Origin: Alphaproteobacteria bacterium
Lineage (GTDB): Bacteria; Pseudomonadota; Alphaproteobacteria; Micropepsales; Micropepsaceae
NCBI GenBank assembly: GCA_028871795.1
Contig: JAGWMG010000006.1
Coordinates: forward strand, 41,051-105,050
Reading direction: 5' to 3'
Length of the DNA stretch: 64,000 nucleotides
In this document: one piece after another, positions 1 through 8,725 of the stretch
Position numbering within the stretch: the first letter of the stretch is position 1
How the letters are laid out: each line of letters begins with the position of its first letter
The notes under the pieces: model-generated
The model's input: the letters and a program-made list of their open reading frames with translations, nothing else
The model's database searches: none
Told to the model about the DNA's origin: nothing
Position numbers and translations under genes: made by a program

Positions 1-43
1 CCATTCGTGTTACACACCCTGCCTTTCCACTCCGGGTTATAGC

Positions 44-1303
44 ATGACAGACGCGCCGAAATTCCGCTCCGAATTCCTTCGCACCGTCGCGGCGCGCGGC
101 CAGTATTATGCGGCGACCGAACCCGAAGCGCTCGACGCGCTGTTCTGCAAGGAACGGGTCACCGCCTACATCGGCTTCGATTGCACGGCGCCCAGCCTGC
201 ACGTCGGAAGCCTGGTCCAGATTATGACGCTGCGGCGGCTGCAACAGGCTGGCCACAGGCCCATCGTTTTGATGGGCGGCGGCACCACCAAGGTCGGCGA
301 TCCGTCGGGCAAGGACGAAACGCGGCAGATCCTGTCCGCCGAACGGATCGAGGCGAACAAGCAGAGCATCCTCAAATCGTTCGAACGCTTCCTGACCTTC
401 GGCAATGGTGCGTCGGACGCGATCATGGTCGACAACGCCGAGTGGCTCGACAAGCTGGAATACATCGCGTTCCTGCGCGACATCGGCCGGCACTTCTCGA
501 TCAACCGCATGCTGACGATGGACAGCGTGAAACTGCGGCTCGAACGCGACCAGCCGCTCAGCTTCCTCGAATTCAACTACATGATCCTGCAGTCCTACGA
601 TTTCGTGGAGTTGTACCGGCGTTTTGGATGCCGCCTGCAATGCGGCGGATCGGACCAGTGGGGCAATATCGTCAGCGGCACCGATCTGGGACGGCGCGTC
701 GAGAATGCCGAGCTGTTCGGGCTGACCTCGCCGCTTCTCACCACGGCTTCGGGCGCCAAGATGGGCAAGACCGCCGCCGGCGCGGTGTGGCTCAACGCCG
801 ACATGTGCAGCCCCTACGACTACTGGCAGTACTGGCGCAACACGGAGGACGCCGACGTCGGCCGCTTCCTGCACCTGTTCACCGAACTGCCGGAGGCGGA
901 CATCGCGCGGTTGGAAGCGCTCAAGGGCGCCGAACTGAACGACGCCAAGAAAGTGCTGGCGACGGAAGCCGCCGCGCTGGCCCACGGCCGTGAGGCGGCG
1001 CAGCAGGCGGCGGAAACCGCGCGGCGTACTTTCGAGGAAGGCGCCATCGACGAGGGCTTGCCGACGGTCGAAATCGCTCGCGGCGAGCTTGAGGGCATGA
1101 CAGTCACTGCGCTGGTGCAGAGGTCGGGATTGACCGCGTCTGCGAGCGAAGCGCGCCGCCACATCGAAGGTGGCGGATTGCGTGTCAACGACACCGTCAT
1201 AAAGGACGTGAAGGCGAAGGTCGGCGCGGCTGATGTCACCGTTAATGGCATCATCAAACTGTCGGTGGGTAAAAAGAAGCACATCCTGGTCAAGCCGGTT
1301 TAG
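44..1303 (+). CDS. tyrS: Tyrosine--tRNA ligase
   Basis: [15 protein letters not shown] (HIGH-like), [17 protein letters not shown]-terminal S4-like domain. Confidence 0.97.
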   Translation: MTDAPKFRSEFLRTVAARGQYYAATEPEALDALFCKERVTAYIGFDCTAPSLHVGSLVQIMTLRRLQQAGHRPIVLMGGGTTKVGDPSGKDETRQILSAERIEANKQSILKSFERFLTFGNGASDAIMVDNAEWLDKLEYIAFLRDIGRHFSINRMLTMDSVKLRLERDQPLSFLEFNYMILQSYDFVELYRRFGCRLQCGGSDQWGNIVSGTDLGRRVENAELFGLTSPLLTTASGAKMGKTAAGAVWLNADMCSPYDYWQYWRNTEDADVGRFLHLFTELPEADIARLEALKGAELNDAKKVLATEAAALAHGREAAQQAAETARRTFEEGAIDEGLPTVEIARGELEGMTVTALVQRSGLTASASEARRHIEGGGLRVNDTVIKDVKAKVGAADVTVNGIIKLSVGKKKHILVKPV

Positions 1304-1314
1304 GGCACGGCTTC

Positions 1315-4300
1315 TCAGAGATGATTCTGCGGCGGGGTTGACGGAGTCGCGTTCGCCGGTGCGTTGGCGGGCGGCGTTCCCTGCTTGACGCCGTCAGGCG
1401 GCGTCTGAGGCGCGACGGGCATCCTGCCTTCGAAGATGCGGCGCGTGATTCCCGGCAGCAACGCCGAGAGCGGATTGACGCTGACCGACGGCTCGTCGGC
1501 ATTGCCGCTGACGCTGTAGGTCATGCCGATGATCCCTTCACCCTGTTTCGACGTCAACACGTTTCCCAAAAGGGGGATGTTGCCGAGCACGCTGTTGATG
1601 CCGAACAGCGGCACCAGAGAGCCTCTAAGCCCGATGTTGTTCTTGGGCCGGTCGATATAGCCGTCCGCCGTGGCGCCGATGGCGGGGCCCGTGGCGCGCA
1701 TGTCGCGTATCGAGATCATGCCGTTGCGCGAGGAAAAGGGAACCTCCAGCGTGTCGATGGCGATGCCCTGCCCTTGCATCAGATTGGCCAGCCCGCCGAG
1801 CGAACCGGCCGTGAAGACACGCGCCAGGAACGGTTGGTTGAGAACGCGGAAGTCCTTCAGCACCAACCTGCCTTGGAAATCCGGCGCGTTCGGGTCCTTG
1901 GCCGCCGTGTCGCCCGCTTTCCCGGGCAGGTTCGCGACGAACTCCAGCTTGCCGCCACGCATGCTGTTGAAGCCGAACAGGCCCTTGCTCGCCAGTCCCA
2001 TATCGTTCGTGGTGAAGACCGCATGGCGGCCCGCCTCCGTTGTCGTGATGGTGCCGGACACGGTCGCCGTTTTCGACAGCGTGCCGGCCAGCGACAACGA
2101 TCCGGGCCTGCTGCCCACACCCGAAACATCAAGGGAAAAGTTGGACACCACGACGCCTTCGCGCATCATCACGCGGTCGAGCTTGGCGTTGATGTGAAAG
2201 GGTTCGTCGAGTTCCTCCGTGTTGCCGCCGCTGCCGTGCCGCGCCAGACGGGTGCCGTCGAGCGATGCTCCCCGCACGGCGATGTCGACGCCTGCCGGGC
2301 CGCGCGACACGTTCAGGGAAAAATCGTCCTGCGGCGCGATGCGGACGGTGGGTGCCTGGAGTTCGATCAGCCCGCCCTCGGCATCGAACCTGGCGGTCGC
2401 CACCACCGCGATGCCGGGGCCCGTCACACGGATGGCTTCGTTGGTGAGAGCGCTGTGCGGACCGAAAATCCCGGTTACGCGCGCCGTCGCCGGAAAACCC
2501 GCCGGCTTGTCAACGCCGATCAGATCGAAGGTGACGGTCGCCGGGGTCAAGTCCAGCGTCAGATTGGCCTGAGCGAGCGCGCCGCGATGCCCGCTCAGCG
2601 TGCCGTTCGCGCCGATCGGTCCCTTCAGGAAGTCGGCGGTATGAAAACCCAGGCCGGCGCGCGCCTGATCGTCGAAGATGCCCTTGACGGCGATCTTGGT
2701 GGTAACCGCGTTCGCCGTCTTGAAATCTTCCGTCCAATCCAGGGCGAGGCGCGACGGCGACCCGCCGATCCCGGTCGTGCCGACGGCGTGCAGCCGGTTG
2801 TTGTCGATGGTGAGTTTCAGCGAACCGTCGGTGAGTTGGGTGTGCGGGCCGAGTGCTATGGCGCAGCCGTTGACGGCTGCTTTGATCGCGATATTGACCT
2901 GATCGACATTCAAGGCCTTGCGCATCGGCACGTGGACGGCCAGATCGACCGTCGCTGCTCCCTTGGTGTCGGCGGGGGCGACGCCGAAGCGCGACGGATA
3001 GCCGAGCGGCTGCATGTTCACGAGCGCCAGGACGTCCGGCACCGTTCCCTGGATGCGGCCCGTGATGTCGCCCGCCTCTTCCGCGAGGTTCAGGTTCGGG
3101 ATCACGAATTTTCCAGCCGCCGCCGTGAGCGGGCCGATCCGCGCCGAGGAAACATCCGCAACAAGCGAGGCGTCGGTTACCTTGGCCGTGGCCTGGACCT
3201 CCGTCAGATGGGTGAGCCCCTTGATGTAATTCAGTTCGCCGCCCTTGAGGGAGAACGTCACGGACAGCGAGCCCGCCGGCAATGCGGGCCGGTCGAGGGC
3301 GCCCTCGGGGATATGCGTCTCGAAGGCAAACGGCCCCACCGTTCCCGCGAACACGTTTTCGTTTGCCCAGTCGCGGGCGCCCGGCGCCGCCACAAGCGGC
3401 CAATAGCGTACGAAATCGCGCGCGCCCATCGGCGCAATGGTGCCCTTGAGTTCGAGGGCCGGCGATTGGCCCTCGGGCAGCGTCACGCTGCCGGAAACCT
3501 GCAACGCCAGAGGTGTCCCGCTCACGCCCAGATGATCGAGGACAAACCGCCGTTCGGCAGGCCGCCAATCGCCGCGCAGATCGACGAGCGGGAACTGGAC
3601 CGGCTGCGAGAAAATCGCCGGCAGTGCCAGCGTGATCCCGTCCATGCGCAGGTCGGCGCGGACGTCCGCCAACGCGCCGCCGCCATCGTTGACCAGATCG
3701 AACTTGCCCTGCAGATGGCCCTTGATCTTGTCGGAGTCGATGGTGGCGTCTTCGAGCAGCAGCCGTCCGGTGGCGCCGTCATAGCGGCCGATGGCGCGCA
3801 GATTGCGCACGCGCACGAGCCCGCCCTCGGAGCCGGGCAGGAGGAATGCTCCCCGGGCTTCGACACCGAAATCCGCCGACAACAGATGCGTGCCCTCCAC
3901 CGCGAAGGATCCCGAAAGATCGAGCTTGAGCGCCGTGTCCTTGACGGCGGCGAATGTCTTGCTGTTGGCCGCGAGTGCTCCAAGCTCGAAATCGGAGACG
4001 GTAATCTGGCCCTCGACCTTGCCGTCCTTGGGCGGAAATACCACTTCGGCCACGATATGGGCCGGACGCCCGGAGATTTCGACTGCAGCATCGAGCCTGG
4101 CTTGGAGGTTTGCGCCGGCCGTCGCCAAACGAAAATCCGCCTGCGGGGCGACGATGAACAGGCCCGTCGTCTCGTCGTAAAATGCAAGTCGCGCATTGCG
4201 GATCGCAAAGCTCTCCAGCGACGATGTGCTGCCGTTGTTCGCCCTGATCGCATCGGAAATGCGGCTCAAGATGTCCCGCTCGCGCTTGTCCTTCTCGACG

Positions 4301-4836
4301 CCCAACCGCAAGCCGCCGTCCTTCGTGCGCACAAGCGTCAGTTGAACGCCGACCAGGGCGATGCGCTTGACGACGACTTTGCCTTTCAGGAAAGGCCCGG
4401 CGGCGAGATCGACGTCGGCTTTCGGGGCTTGGGCGATGATCCGGCCGTCGGCATCGAAGACGCGCGCGCCCAGGATGACGAGGTTCACCTTGCCCTCGTC
4501 GCGGGCCCATTCGATCGCGGCTTGATCGTATTTGACGGTGATTCCTGGCAGCGCCGTGGCAAGTGCATTCGCCAGCGTGCCCGCAAACGGACCAAGCGAC
4601 ACCGGGCCGATCAGCAAGCGAACGCCCGCCCCCGCAACGAAAAACAGGATGGCCGCTGCCGTGCCGCCGGCGATCAGCGCCGCCCGGCTAATGTGATGGG
4701 CCTTGACATATTGCCGCAGCAACAGACCCAGGTTCCACGGGTAAAGGTCGGACAGTTTCAAGGTCCGCGCACCTCGTTCACCCGATCTTTGGTCAATTGT
4801 TGAGACGCAAGCGGGGTCTTGCGCTGAATCGCGCAT
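1315..4836 (-). CDS. AsmA-like/YhdP family (DUF3971 + AsmA_2 C-terminus) envelope protein; start uncertain (4836 or further downstream)
   Basis: ~1170-aa beta-rich ORF with N-terminal TM and C-terminal GSLVPLFGINSVLGNIPLLG...GIIGMTYSVSG...SVNPLSALLPGITRRIF typical of AsmA_2; tyrS-AsmA-bcp synteny. ORF-track start at 4929 overlaps bcp. Confidence 0.8.
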   Translation of the reverse strand: MRDSAQDPACVSTIDQRSGERGARTLKLSDLYPWNLGLLLRQYVKAHHISRAALIAGGTAAAILFFVAGAGVRLLIGPVSLGPFAGTLANALATALPGITVKYDQAAIEWARDEGKVNLVILGARVFDADGRIIAQAPKADVDLAAGPFLKGKVVVKRIALVGVQLTLVRTKDGGLRLGVEKDKRERDILSRISDAIRANNGSTSSLESFAIRNARLAFYDETTGLFIVAPQADFRLATAGANLQARLDAAVEISGRPAHIVAEVVFPPKDGKVEGQITVSDFELGALAANSKTFAAVKDTALKLDLSGSFAVEGTHLLSADFGVEARGAFLLPGSEGGLVRVRNLRAIGRYDGATGRLLLEDATIDSDKIKGHLQGKFDLVNDGGGALADVRADLRMDGITLALPAIFSQPVQFPLVDLRGDWRPAERRFVLDHLGVSGTPLALQVSGSVTLPEGQSPALELKGTIAPMGARDFVRYWPLVAAPGARDWANENVFAGTVGPFAFETHIPEGALDRPALPAGSLSVTFSLKGGELNYIKGLTHLTEVQATAKVTDASLVADVSSARIGPLTAAAGKFVIPNLNLAEEAGDITGRIQGTVPDVLALVNMQPLGYPSRFGVAPADTKGAATVDLAVHVPMRKALNVDQVNIAIKAAVNGCAIALGPHTQLTDGSLKLTIDNNRLHAVGTTGIGGSPSRLALDWTEDFKTANAVTTKIAVKGIFDDQARAGLGFHTADFLKGPIGANGTLSGHRGALAQANLTLDLTPATVTFDLIGVDKPAGFPATARVTGIFGPHSALTNEAIRVTGPGIAVVATARFDAEGGLIELQAPTVRIAPQDDFSLNVSRGPAGVDIAVRGASLDGTRLARHGSGGNTEELDEPFHINAKLDRVMMREGVVVSNFSLDVSGVGSRPGSLSLAGTLSKTATVSGTITTTEAGRHAVFTTNDMGLASKGLFGFNSMRGGKLEFVANLPGKAGDTAAKDPNAPDFQGRLVLKDFRVLNQPFLARVFTAGSLGGLANLMQGQGIAIDTLEVPFSSRNGMISIRDMRATGPAIGATADGYIDRPKNNIGLRGSLVPLFGINSVLGNIPLLGNVLTSKQGEGIIGMTYSVSGNADEPSVSVNPLSALLPGITRRIFEGRMPVAPQTPPDGVKQGTPPANAPANATPSTPPQNHL

Positions 4837-4891
4837 CACTTTATCGCCTATACGGCCAGACGTTCGACTGCAACTTACTTTGGGAACATGT

Positions 4892-5356
4892 ATGGACTTG
4901 AAGCTTGGCGATAACGCCCCAGCGTTCAAGCTCGCGACCGACGGCGGGCGTGAGGTTTCCGTTTCCGGATTGAAGGGCCACCCTTTCGTCCTCTACTTCT
5001 ACCCAAAGGATAATACTTCCGGTTGCACAAAGGAAGCGGTCGAGTTCACGAAGCTATTTAAGAAATTCAACGAATTAGGCGTGCGCGTGATCGGCGTGTC
5101 CAAAGACGGCGTCGCCTCGCACGACAAGTTTAAGACCAATTACAAGTTGAACCTCACCTTAGCGTCCGACCCCGAGACCAAAGTCGCCCAGGCCTACGGC
5201 GTTTGGGTCGAAAAAAGCATGTATGGGAGGAAATACATGGGCATGGAGCGCGCGACGTTCCTCGTGGATACCAAAGGTAAAATTCGCGCAATCTGGCGCA
5301 AAGTGAAGGTTCCTGGACACCCGGAGGCCGTCCTCGCCGCGGCAAAAGCGCTTTGA
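4892..5356 (+). CDS. bcp: Peroxiredoxin, BCP/PrxQ type
   Basis: YFYPKDNTSGCTKEA peroxidatic motif; GMERATFLVD; KVKVPGH. Confidence 0.93.
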   Translation: MDLKLGDNAPAFKLATDGGREVSVSGLKGHPFVLYFYPKDNTSGCTKEAVEFTKLFKKFNELGVRVIGVSKDGVASHDKFKTNYKLNLTLASDPETKVAQAYGVWVEKSMYGRKYMGMERATFLVDTKGKIRAIWRKVKVPGHPEAVLAAAKAL

Positions 5357-5496
5357 GGACCCCGCGACAGTTCGGCCCGCGATTAACCTCGACGTCATTT
5401 TTCTGGGCTAATAGCTTGATTACCCGGGGGCATCTGGGTGAAATGATCCCAACTGGGGTCGGCGAAAACAAAAACGCCAAAGAGGGAAGTCCAGAG

Positions 5497-6939
5497 ATGG
5501 CGGAAACGCTCGTGGAGCGCGTTTGGTTGTGGCTTCACGAAACTTTTCCTGAGCGCCAAGTTTACGTGCGAAGCGACGGCAGGGTGCAGTTCTTCACCTT
5601 CGGTCCGACGCTGCAGGCGACGCTTGCCGGCCTCTCGCTCATTTTCCTCGGCTGGGTCGCGTTTGCGACCGTGAATGTGATCTTCAAGGACCGCATCATC
5701 TCGGCCAAGGATCATCGCTACCAGCAAATGCAATCGGCCTACGAAAACCGGGTGGCCGACCTGCAATTGTCCTACGACGAAGTCAACGGCGCTCTGGTTT
5801 CCGCCGAGGACAAATTCAAGTTCGCCGCGGACGAACTGCAGACCAAGCAGAACACCATTCTGCATTTCCTCGACCGCAAACAGCAGGTCGATGCCACGTT
5901 GGCGAGCGGCGGAGCGCCGAGCGCCCGCGGAAGCAATGACAGATCCGGCGGCGCGCCGGACACTGCACCGGCAGGCGACGGTCTTAGCGCCGCACCGCCT
6001 CTCGCGGGCGTCGGCGGCGGCGATGCCGACGACGGCGGGTCTTCCGAACTGACGGTCAGCCCGCAGCCCGTCAAGGCGCAACCCCGAACGGGCAAGCCGA
6101 CCCACGCCTTTCTGGACCTCGGCGGCGCCGTCGGGCGCATCGCCGGCGCCCTGTTCGGCAGACACCAGCCGGACGCCATCCCGCAAGCGACGTTTGCCCG
6201 CCATCCGGTGCTGAAGCGTCTGGCGGCGCAGACAGAACGCATCCGCCGCCTCAGCGCGACAGAAACGGTCTTCATGGCCCGCGCGCAGGACGAAGTGGGT
6301 CAAGGCGTACAGGAAATCCGTGCTGTTCTGCACCGCACCGGCATTAATCCCGACCAGTTCGCGCAGCGCGTCGAAAGTGTCGAAGGCATCGGCGGGCCTG
6401 AAATACCGCTCACGTCCGTGCATATCGAGGGGATCGGCGACGAAGCCTTCCAGGGCGCCTACCTGCGCGCCTCGGCCATCCTCGACCAGCTTAACCAGCT
6501 GCTGATGGGCATGCGCCATGTGCCGTTGACCACGCCGGTCAGCGGCCCGCAGTTCGAGCGCACCAGCGGCTTCGGTCCGCGCCTCGATCCGTTCACCGGT
6601 CATTATGCTTTCCACCCCGGTATCGATTTCGCCGGCCCGTGGGGCTCCGTCATACATTCAACCGCGGCGGGCACCGTTGTCTGGGCGGGGCCCAGGGGCA
6701 CATACGGAAATATGGTCGAAATTGACCATGGTTTCGGAATTCATACGCGATACGGACATCTGTCATCGATCTTAGTGCAAGTCGGCGCTAAGGTGGCAAA
6801 AGGCGCCCTGATCGGAAAACTCGGATCGACGGGGCGCAGCACCGGGCCGCATGTCCATTACGAAGTCTGGTACGATGACGTCGTGAGAAACCCGAGGAAC
6901 TTCATCGAGGCAGGTCGTTATGTTCTCCAGCAAGAATAA
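5497..6939 (+). CDS. Membrane-anchored M23 endopeptidase with N-terminal DUF5930-like/coiled-coil region (LmdC-like)
   Basis: HPGIDF (HxxxD), YGHL, GSTGRSTGPHVHYEV (HxH); N-terminal FPERQVYVRSDG + TM + coiled coil; overlaps the bactofilin gene. Confidence 0.9.
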   Translation: MAETLVERVWLWLHETFPERQVYVRSDGRVQFFTFGPTLQATLAGLSLIFLGWVAFATVNVIFKDRIISAKDHRYQQMQSAYENRVADLQLSYDEVNGALVSAEDKFKFAADELQTKQNTILHFLDRKQQVDATLASGGAPSARGSNDRSGGAPDTAPAGDGLSAAPPLAGVGGGDADDGGSSELTVSPQPVKAQPRTGKPTHAFLDLGGAVGRIAGALFGRHQPDAIPQATFARHPVLKRLAAQTERIRRLSATETVFMARAQDEVGQGVQEIRAVLHRTGINPDQFAQRVESVEGIGGPEIPLTSVHIEGIGDEAFQGAYLRASAILDQLNQLLMGMRHVPLTTPVSGPQFERTSGFGPRLDPFTGHYAFHPGIDFAGPWGSVIHSTAAGTVVWAGPRGTYGNMVEIDHGFGIHTRYGHLSSILVQVGAKVAKGALIGKLGSTGRSTGPHVHYEVWYDDVVRNPRNFIEAGRYVLQQE

Positions 6940-7483
6940 GGACAAGGATTCCGCGCCTGCGTCGGCCCCCTCAACTCCGGGTGCCATGCAAAAGCGGATG
7001 CCGCGCACATCGTCCGCGCCATCGATCATCAGTGCCGATCTCACCGTCACCGGTACGTTGACGTCCACAGGCGACATCCAGGTCGACGGGCGCGTCGAGG
7101 GCGACGTTCAGAGCTCGGGCCTGGTGATCGGCGAAAAGGCCTTCATCCACGGCGACGTGGCGTCGGAAGAAGTGACCGTTCGCGGCCGCGTGCAGGGCAG
7201 CATTCGCGCCCGCAAGGTGCTGCTGTGCTCGACGTGCCATGTCGAGGGCAACATCCTTCACGAGGCCTTTGCGGTGGAAACGGGTGCGTTCTTCGAAGGC
7301 AACTGCCGCCACGCGGACAATCCGCTGGCCGAGGAAGCCCCGAAAAAGACGACCGACTACCGCTCGTCGGGCACCACGGCAAACGCCCATCCTTCAACGC
7401 CCTCACCGTCCGCGATGGTATCGCGGCCGATGACGGGGAGCGGCGCCACGGCGGCAGCGTACACACCGCTCAAATCGAATTAA
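6920..7483 (+). CDS. Bactofilin (polymer-forming cytoskeletal protein)
   Basis: SIISADLTVTGTLTSTGDIQVDGRVEGDV...GAFFEGNC beta-helix; N-terminal MFSSK resembles the bactofilin membrane-targeting peptide. Confidence 0.93.
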   Translation: MFSSKNKDKDSAPASAPSTPGAMQKRMPRTSSAPSIISADLTVTGTLTSTGDIQVDGRVEGDVQSSGLVIGEKAFIHGDVASEEVTVRGRVQGSIRARKVLLCSTCHVEGNILHEAFAVETGAFFEGNCRHADNPLAEEAPKKTTDYRSSGTTANAHPSTPSPSAMVSRPMTGSGATAAAYTPLKSN

Positions 7484-7505
7484 CCGATCGGCCTGACGGC
7501 CTGCC

Positions 7506-7538
7506 AAACCCCGCTTCGAGAAATCGAGGCGGGGTTTT
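7506..7538. terminator. Bidirectional intrinsic terminator between convergent bactofilin and prfB
   Basis: aaaccccgcttcga-gaaa-tcgaggcggggtttt hairpin with A- and T-runs at the ends. Confidence 0.8.
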
Positions 7539-7547
7539 GCGTTCGGG

Positions 7548-8679
7548 CTATTCCAAGTCCTCGATCTTCTCTTTGGCCTTGCCGCCGACGGCCTGGGCCA
7601 GGGCCGCAGCCATGAAGGGATCGAGATCGCCGTCGAGCACGTCCTCCGGCGAACGGCTCTCGACACCCGTGCGCAAGTCTTTCACAAGCTGATAAGGCTG
7701 TAGGACGTACGAGCGGATCTGGTGCCCCCAGCCGATGTCGCTCTTTTCGCCGACGAAAGCGCCGGTTTCCGCCTGCTTCTTCTCGAGATCGATCTCATAG
7801 AGCCGCGAGCGCAGCATGTCCCAGCAATTGGCGCGGTTCTGGTGTTGCGAGCGCTCGGTTTGGCACGACACCGCGATGCCCGTCGGCAGATGGGTGATGC
7901 GCACCGCGCTTTCCGTCTTGTTGACGTGCTGTCCACCCGCCCCGGAAGAGCGATACACGTCGATCCGGACTTCCTTTTCGGGAATGTCGATCTCTATGGT
8001 CTGGTCGATCACGGGATAGACCGTGACCGAAGAGAAGCTGGTGTGTCTTCGGGCGTTCGAATCGAAGGGCGAGATGCGCACCAGCCGGTGCACGCCTGCC
8101 TCGCTCTTCAGCCAGCCATAGGCGTTCGGGCCTTTGACCAGCACAGTCGCGGACTTGATGCCGGCGCCCTCGCCTTCGCTTTCTTCGAGATATTCGAGCT
8201 TGTAGCCTTTCTTCTCGGCCCATCGCGTGTACATGCGCATGAGCATCTCCGCCCAGTCCTGGCTCTCGGTGCCGCCCGCTCCCGCATGAATCTCCAGGTA
8301 CGTATCGTTGGCGTCCGCTTCGCCCGACAGCATGGATTGCAGCCGCAACTCGTCGGCGCGCCTCGCCAGTGCGGCGATGGATTTCTCGGCGTCGGCCACC
8401 ATCGCCGTATCGTTCTCGGCGGCGGCCAGCTCGATCAGGCCGTGGGCGTCGGCCAGCTCGGTTTCCAGTTTGCGCACGGACGACAGCGCCTCGTCGAGCC
8501 GCTGGCGCTCGCGCATAAGCTTCTGGGCTTCCTGCGGATTGTTCCAGATGGAGGCGTCTTCGGCTTTGGCGTTTAACTCGTCGAGGCGGCGGACGGACTT
8601 GTCCCAGTCAAAGATGCCTCCTCAGCAGGGCGATGGCCTGCTGGATGTCGTCGATGTTGCGTTCGGTTTCCGGGCGCAT
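7548..8679 (-). CDS. prfB: Peptide chain release factor 2 with programmed +1 frameshift after codon 23
   Basis: SPF and GGQ motifs; minus strand ATG at 8679 reads [23 protein letters not shown], then AGGAGG-CAT-CTT-TGA-C (8622-8607), continuing [13 protein letters not shown] in the +1 frame. Confidence 0.96.
8607..8622 (-). promoter_or_regulatory. RF2 autoregulatory frameshift site (internal SD + CTT TGA C)
   Basis: Exact AGGAGG-NNN-CTTTGAC on minus strand. Confidence 0.93.
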
Positions 8680-8725
8680 GGGAGATCACTCAGGTGGAGG
8701 CGCTGATATAGGGGCCAAGTGCCGT

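Noticed and set aside
7548-8679. prfB as a pseudogene
   Set aside because: The in-frame stop is the canonical programmed frameshift.
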